Shown: positions 58,846-64,000 of the stretch, in pieces
Position numbering within the stretch: position 1 is the stretch's first letter
Layout of the letters: every line of letters starts with the position of its first letter
Assembly: GCA_964632485.1 (NCBI GenBank)
Contig: CAZWDO010000002.1
Location: 124,001 to 188,000 of the forward strand
Direction of reading: 5' to 3'
DNA: 64,000 bases
DNA from: an uncultured bacterium
GTDB taxonomy: Bacteria > JAGOEH01
Program-made: the position numbers and the translations under genes
Notes under the pieces: generated by a model
The model's database searches: none
Seen by the model: only the letters and a program-made list of their open reading frames with translations
Told to the model about the DNA's origin: nothing

Positions 58846-60079
58846 ATCGCTTAAGAATTAACGAACAATTGTGTCCGCCGAAACCGAAAGAATTGGTTAA
58901 TCCGTATTCAAAGGAAAGCGAAGACGCCTGGTTGGGATTGTAATTCAAATCACAACTGGGGTCCGGGGTCTGGTAGTTGATGGTTGGCGGGATCACTTGT
59001 TCTTGTAAAGATTTAGCAAGAAACAGGGTTTCAATGGCTCCCGCGGAACCCAATAAATGCCCGGTCATGCTCTTAGTTGAGCATACAACCAATTGATAGG
59101 CATGATCGCCGAAGACCTGTTTGATCGCTCCGGTTTCGGTTTTATCGTTCAATTCGGTTGATGTGCCATGCGCATTGATATGCCCAATTTGATGGGGTTC
59201 TAAACCCGCTGATTTGAGCGCTTTTTGCATGGCCAGTATGGCGCCTTTCCCTTCCGGATCGGGTGAGGTAATGTGAAAGGCATCACAGGAGTATCCCATA
59301 CCGACAATTTCAGCATAGATTTTAGCGCCACGTTTAAGCGCCGATGACAATTCTTCAAGCACAATAATTGCCGAACCTTCGGCCATTATAAAACCGTCAC
59401 GGTTTAAATCAAATGGACGTGAAGCGTGTTGATAATCGTCATTTCGAGTCGACAGAGCCTGGGCGGAATTGAATCCGGCCAGTGCCATAGGCGCGACGGC
59501 CGCTTCAGCGCCTCCTGTAATTATCATACGTTGACGACCGGTAGCTATACTCCAGTACGATTCTCCGATGGCATGCGCTGAAGAAGCGCAGGCAGACGAT
59601 ATTGAATAATTATCACCTTTTAGATTGTGACGCATTGCAATATGACCACATACAATATCGGGAATGAGCATGGGTACGAAAAATGGACTGACACGACCAG
59701 GGCCTTTATTGATCAAAGCGGAATGCTGGTCTTCAAAAGTCAGAATGCCTCCCATCCCAACACCCATAATCACACCAATATCTTCAGGGGTAAATTGACT
59801 AAAATCAATCCCCGCATCGGATATCGCTTGCTCGGCTGCGCATACGCCGAATACTGTAAACGGATCCATTCGCTTGGCCGCTTTTGGCTCAATATAAAGA
59901 GAAACATCCAAGCCTTTGACTTCTCCGGCAAAGCGAGTCTTAAAATTGGATGGATCAAAGCGGGTAATTAACCCTATCCCGGATTCTCCTTTCAGAGCCT
60001 TTTCCCAGGTCGAGACGACATTATTGTCCAAAGGATTGACTGTTCCCAACCCGGTAATAACAACTCGTTGCCGTTCCAT
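58835..60079 (-). CDS. fabF: 3-oxoacyl-ACP synthase II
   Basis: RVVITGLG, SACASS, NAHGTST, KSMTGHLLG and NSFGFGGHN. Confidence 0.96.
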   Translation of the reverse strand: MERQRVVITGLGTVNPLDNNVVSTWEKALKGESGIGLITRFDPSNFKTRFAGEVKGLDVSLYIEPKAAKRMDPFTVFGVCAAEQAISDAGIDFSQFTPEDIGVIMGVGMGGILTFEDQHSALINKGPGRVSPFFVPMLIPDIVCGHIAMRHNLKGDNYSISSACASSAHAIGESYWSIATGRQRMIITGGAEAAVAPMALAGFNSAQALSTRNDDYQHASRPFDLNRDGFIMAEGSAIIVLEELSSALKRGAKIYAEIVGMGYSCDAFHITSPDPEGKGAILAMQKALKSAGLEPHQIGHINAHGTSTELNDKTETGAIKQVFGDHAYQLVVCSTKSMTGHLLGSAGAIETLFLAKSLQEQVIPPTINYQTPDPSCDLNYNPNQASSLSFEYGLTNSFGFGGHNCSLILKRYAE

Positions 60080-60105
60080 AAATGGTTCCTTTATTTTATC
60101 GGGTT

Positions 60106-60342
60106 TTATTTATGGTTTTCAATATAACGCATGGCATCGCCAACGGTCCGAATGGACTTGGCTTCATCATCCGGTATTTCGATTTCATATTCTTCTTCAA
60201 GCGCCATGATCAATTCAACCGTGTCCAGGGAATCCGCGTTCAAATCATCAATGAACGATGCGTCTTCAGTCACCTGTTTGCCATCTACACCTAATTTGTC
60301 AATAACGATCTCTTTCACTTTTTCAAAAATTTCAGTTGACAT
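60106..60342 (-). CDS. acpP: Acyl carrier protein
   Basis: [18 protein letters not shown]. Confidence 0.97.
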   Translation of the reverse strand: MSTEIFEKVKEIVIDKLGVDGKQVTEDASFIDDLNADSLDTVELIMALEEEYEIEIPDDEAKSIRTVGDAMRYIENHK

Positions 60343-60364
60343 GATTTGTCCTCCTTAAGTTGGG

Positions 60365-61102
60365 TTATGAAAGAATGAAACCACCATCCACCGTAATGGT
60401 CTGGCCAGTTATAAACGAAGATTCGTCAGATAATAAAAACCATACCAAAGCCGCAACTTCTTCCGGTTGGCCTGGCCGTTTTAAAAGGCTTTGTTGAATC
60501 AGTTGATCTTTGATTTCCTGTGGCAGATTTTCTGTCATATCAGTTGCGATATACCCGGGAGCAATCGTGTTAACCCGAATATTGCGTCCCGCCATTTCCC
60601 TGGCAACAGCTTTACCGAATCCGATAAGCCCGGCTTTGGATGCCGCGTAGTTTGCTTGTCCGGCATTTCCGCTGAGACCGACGACTGAGGAAATATTGAC
60701 AATCGTTCCAAAACGTTGTCGGCTCATAATTTTGATACATTCTCGCGTGACAAGAAACGTACCTTTGAGATTAATAGATAAAACGGTATCAAAATCGTCT
60801 TCCGACATACGTAAAAGCAGTTTGTCGCGCGTAATGCCGGCATTATTCACTAAATAATCGATGCGGCCATAATCTGTATGTATTTTTTTTATGGTCTCCT
60901 GAACCGCATCTGCCAATTGAATATCAAGAGAAAATGCCGCTGCCTGGCCGCCTTCGTTACGAATTGTCTCTGCCGCTTTTTCACCGCTTTCTTGATTTCT
61001 GTTCAAAATGATACAAAAATTTTTTTCGCGCGCTAAACGTCGGGTAACAGCAAACCCAATGCCTCGATCACCACCGGTAATCAATGCAATTTTCTGTTCC
61101 AT
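60365..61102 (-). CDS. fabG: 3-oxoacyl-ACP reductase
   Basis: TGGDRGIG, VNNAGITRD and GQANYAASK. Confidence 0.95.
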   Translation of the reverse strand: MEQKIALITGGDRGIGFAVTRRLAREKNFCIILNRNQESGEKAAETIRNEGGQAAAFSLDIQLADAVQETIKKIHTDYGRIDYLVNNAGITRDKLLLRMSEDDFDTVLSINLKGTFLVTRECIKIMSRQRFGTIVNISSVVGLSGNAGQANYAASKAGLIGFGKAVAREMAGRNIRVNTIAPGYIATDMTENLPQEIKDQLIQQSLLKRPGQPEEVAALVWFLLSDESSFITGQTITVDGGFILS

Positions 61103-62115
61103 TAAAAATCCTCACTATTATGTTTAAGCATTTCTTTTTCAATGAGTTGATTGATTGAATGCGTGTTCAGGCTGATGGCTTCACGAATCGCATTTTTCAA
61201 GGCCAGAGGACTCGATTTTCCATGTGAAATGATGCAATTTCCATTGATGCCGAGAAGCGCCCCGCCGCCATAGCTTTCATAATTTAGTTTCTTTTTGAGG
61301 TAATCGAAGGCTGGCAGCATGAACAATGCGCCTATTTTTGGCCAGAAGTGCTTGCGAATTGCCTCCTTGAACAGGCTATTAACGAGGTACACCAGGCTTT
61401 CACTATGTTTAAGTACAATATTGCCTACAAACCCATCCATCACAATCACATGAAAATTACCGCCCAGAATATCGCGGCCCTCGGCATTTCCCTGAAAATT
61501 GAGACCCGATTTTTCCAGAAGTTGATGCGCTAACAGTGATATGTCGTTTCCTTTGCTGGATTCTTCGCCAATATTGATTAATCCGACTTTTGGCCGTGGA
61601 ATTCCAATAATGTTTTCGGAAAATATCGAACCCATATAACCAAATTGCAAGAGATTCTTAGCTTTGCAATCCGTGTTTGCTCCTACATCCATCAATACAA
61701 CGGGTATTCCGGTACGTGTTGGCAGTGTGGCGACTATTCCGGGTCGGTTGATTCCTGGCAGGCGTCCCAGATATTTCAGAGCAAACGCCATGACTGCGCC
61801 GGTATTCCCTGCCGAAACAACAGCATTAACCGCTTGATCTTTATGAAGTTGGAACATCAAGGCCAGCGAAGATTGCTTTTTTTGACGTAGCGCTATAGAG
61901 GGCGCGTCTTTCATGCTGACTTCCTGGTCGCAATCGATTATTTCAATCCGCTTTTCATCAACTGTCTGATGTTCCAGCAACCTTAATATCTGATCTTTTT
62001 TACCGACCAAATATACTTTATCCAAATGTGAAAACTCTTTCAATGCCATTATAGCGGCTTTGACATTATTCTCAGCGCCAAAATCTCCACCCATGGCATC
62101 CAGGGCTATGTTCAC
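61102..62115 (-). CDS. plsX: Phosphate acyltransferase PlsX
   Basis: IALDAMGGD, SAGNTGA, DVGAN, DGFVGN and SHGKS. Confidence 0.96.
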   Translation of the reverse strand: MNIALDAMGGDFGAENNVKAAIMALKEFSHLDKVYLVGKKDQILRLLEHQTVDEKRIEIIDCDQEVSMKDAPSIALRQKKQSSLALMFQLHKDQAVNAVVSAGNTGAVMAFALKYLGRLPGINRPGIVATLPTRTGIPVVLMDVGANTDCKAKNLLQFGYMGSIFSENIIGIPRPKVGLINIGEESSKGNDISLLAHQLLEKSGLNFQGNAEGRDILGGNFHVIVMDGFVGNIVLKHSESLVYLVNSLFKEAIRKHFWPKIGALFMLPAFDYLKKKLNYESYGGGALLGINGNCIISHGKSSPLALKNAIREAISLNTHSINQLIEKEMLKHNSEDF

Positions 62116-62120
62116 CGGAT

Positions 62121-62303
62121 TTAGTCCTCTTTAGCTGCTATAATTAATCTGTCGCGATAAAAACCACATTCCGGACATACAAAATGGGGCCGTTTGGTTG
62201 CTCCACAATGAGGGCATCCAGCCATTGCCGGCATTTCCAAATGCCAATGTGATCTTCTTTTACGAGAACGTGCTTTGCTGCTTTTTTTCTTGGGGACAGC
62301 CAT
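62121..62303 (-). CDS. rpmF: 50S ribosomal protein L32
   Basis: MAVPKKK..CPHC..HFVCPECG. Confidence 0.96.
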   Translation of the reverse strand: MAVPKKKSSKARSRKRRSHWHLEMPAMAGCPHCGATKRPHFVCPECGFYRDRLIIAAKED

Positions 62304-62304
62304 T

Positions 62305-62826
62305 TTATCCTCCCTGAATACTAGTTAAAAATTGTTTGAATACTTCCAAGCGCGGATCAGTTTGCCGCTTACAACTACATCTGGTCAGATTCAGATTACA
62401 CCCGCACTGGATGCATAATCCTTTGCATTCTTCATGACAAAGAGGTTTCATCGGTATCGCCAGGTATAGTATATCCCGAATATCGTCCCTGAGAGAAAAC
62501 TCTGTGGCTTTCAAACTCAATTCCGTATATTCACTATCATCATTGTCCGGAGTGGGTTGTTGGACAAATTTATAAACTTTAAGAAATGATTCCTGAACCG
62601 GTAATTCATAATCCTCAAGGCATCGAGCGCATCGCATGATCAATTTCGCTTCCAGCCTGACGGTGGTATATAGCTCCCAGGTATTCAATTCACAATCTAC
62701 CTGAAGCCTAACCATCTGGTTTTCATTTTGAAGAGAATTACTAAACTCTATACCCAATTCCTGTATTTGATGTTCAAATTCAAAATGTTTGATTCCTTTA
62801 CGAATCGGGTCGATTTGTACAATCAC
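62305..62826 (-). CDS. yceD: DUF177/YceD family protein
   Basis: CARCL, PMKPLC...CKGLC..CG.NLN...C.C..DPR, upstream of rpmF. Confidence 0.9.
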   Translation of the reverse strand: MIVQIDPIRKGIKHFEFEHQIQELGIEFSNSLQNENQMVRLQVDCELNTWELYTTVRLEAKLIMRCARCLEDYELPVQESFLKVYKFVQQPTPDNDDSEYTELSLKATEFSLRDDIRDILYLAIPMKPLCHEECKGLCIQCGCNLNLTRCSCKRQTDPRLEVFKQFLTSIQGG

Positions 62827-63001
62827 ACAAATTCCTTTTTAAAAAATTTGCTCTAAATATATATAAAAATCGCGCTTTTGTCAATCCTTTTTTTTAACAA
62901 GTGAAATCAATTTTTTTTTTTGTTTGACTATTTACCGGTTTTTTTTTATATTGGGTTCGTGTTGTTAAAAATTATTTAAGATATCCGTACAAGGAGGCCC
63001 T

Positions 63002-64000
63002 ATGAATCGTTGGTTGCTGATAATTATTTTAGCGTTTATCCTGTATTGTCAAAAGGAATCGCCGCCATCGTCTTCCGCTGAAAACCCGAAATTAACGGTT
63101 ATCTCTCCCCATACTAAGGATGTCCTGGATAATTTTGATCAGGCATTTAAAAAATATTATCAACAGCGAACAGGTGCTTCCATTCAAATTGAATGGATTG
63201 ACCAGGGTGGGTCATCGGATGATCTGAAATTTATAAAATCTGAATTTACCCGTAACCCGGATGGAATCGATATCGATCTGTTTTGGGGTGGGGGAGTGAC
63301 ACCGCATTTAATGCTACTCGAAGACCATTTATTATATCCTCTGGAAATCGATTCATTGATTTTAAGTAACTTGCCGCGCGAATTGGCCGGCATGCCTTTG
63401 TATGATCCAAAATTCCATTGGTATGGAACCTGCCTGTCTGCTTTCGGCGTTATTTATAATAAAATGGTATTGCAGCAACTCAATATTCCCCAACCCGTCG
63501 ATTGGAAATCCCTGGCGGATCCGGTGTATTGTGATTGGATTGCAATACCTGATATTCGCCACAGTGGAAGTATTGAAATGATGTTTCATGTAATTCTCAG
63601 CGCCTATGGCTGGAATGAAGGGTGGGATGTTTTAACGCGGATATGCGCCAACGCCAAAAGATTCACTCTATCTTCCATTGACGTCATTAAGGATATAACA
63701 ACCGGAGATGCCGCCTGCGCGCTCTGTGTCGATTATTATGCCTGGAAACAGATTGAGGATCATGGCCTGGACAAAATCGGTTATTTGTTACCCAATAACC
63801 ATTCTGTTATCAATCCGGATTGTATTTCCGTCTTGAAAGGATTGCCTCATCCTGAAAATAGCCGTATTTTCATTGAATTTCTATTGTCCGAGCAAGGGCA
63901 ATCTATTTTTTATTTGCCCCATGGCCATCCGAACGGTCCGCCAGAGTCCAGTCTCAACCGTCTGGCAATAGTTCCCTTTATGTATGAGAAATACCAATCA
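63002..64000 (+). CDS. ABC transporter substrate-binding lipoprotein (Fe3+/AfuA-like cluster), runs off the window end
   Basis: SD AAGGAGG, then MNRWLLIIILAFILYC..LTVISPH..IDLFWGGG..WYGTCLSAFGVIYN..GWNEGW. No stop before 64000, so it is missing from the ORF track. Confidence 0.85.
   Translation, partial: MNRWLLIIILAFILYCQKESPPSSSAENPKLTVISPHTKDVLDNFDQAFKKYYQQRTGASIQIEWIDQGGSSDDLKFIKSEFTRNPDGIDIDLFWGGGVTPHLMLLEDHLLYPLEIDSLILSNLPRELAGMPLYDPKFHWYGTCLSAFGVIYNKMVLQQLNIPQPVDWKSLADPVYCDWIAIPDIRHSGSIEMMFHVILSAYGWNEGWDVLTRICANAKRFTLSSIDVIKDITTGDAACALCVDYYAWKQIEDHGLDKIGYLLPNNHSVINPDCISVLKGLPHPENSRIFIEFLLSEQGQSIFYLPHGHPNGPPESSLNRLAIVPFMYEKYQS

Noticed and set aside
63184-63589. Two short minus-strand ORFs
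   Set aside because: They are antisense to the open ABC substrate-binding protein gene starting at 63002.

Overview
This is a 64-kb bacterial chromosomal window, about 40% GC by eye, from a draft or metagenomic assembly with two 10-N gaps. The cell is diderm, with strong Shine-Dalgarno sites and canonical TTGACA-17-TAtaaT promoters, possibly an uncultured FCB-type lineage. Most of it is housekeeping: gdhA, tRNA-Asp, degP, AsmA-like, mnmE-yidC-yidD-rnpA-rpmH, ligA-lepA-lepB-hemW, clpB, pstSCAB-phoU and yceD-rpmF-plsX-fabG-acpP-fabF-rnc-lipoate ligase. Signalling genes are interspersed (HD-GYP, two beta-propeller sensor kinases, FIST, EAL-CBS-GGDEF). I found no CRISPR array, prophage or IS element. 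The best leads are: (1) gdhA coupled to two PPDK_N/ATP-grasp paralogs, one fused to a GAF-like sensor and a Pol-beta nucleotidyltransferase domain, a candidate covalent-modification system for glutamate dehydrogenase; (2) a SynChlorMet-like two-radical-SAM/SPASM cassette with two PqqD/RRE proteins, one with a perfect twin-arginine motif, and no visible precursor peptide; (3) a 150-nt rod-shaped RNA starting at a predicted +1, followed by a switch-like structured leader, upstream of a glycosidase-like/Ig-repeat/C39-peptidase lipoprotein; (4) rnpA split by a +1 frameshift in an A9 tract. The ORF track misses rpmH, rnpA, a 59-aa membrane protein and the terminal ABC substrate-binding protein. All calls are by-eye motif recognition, and no database searches were run.
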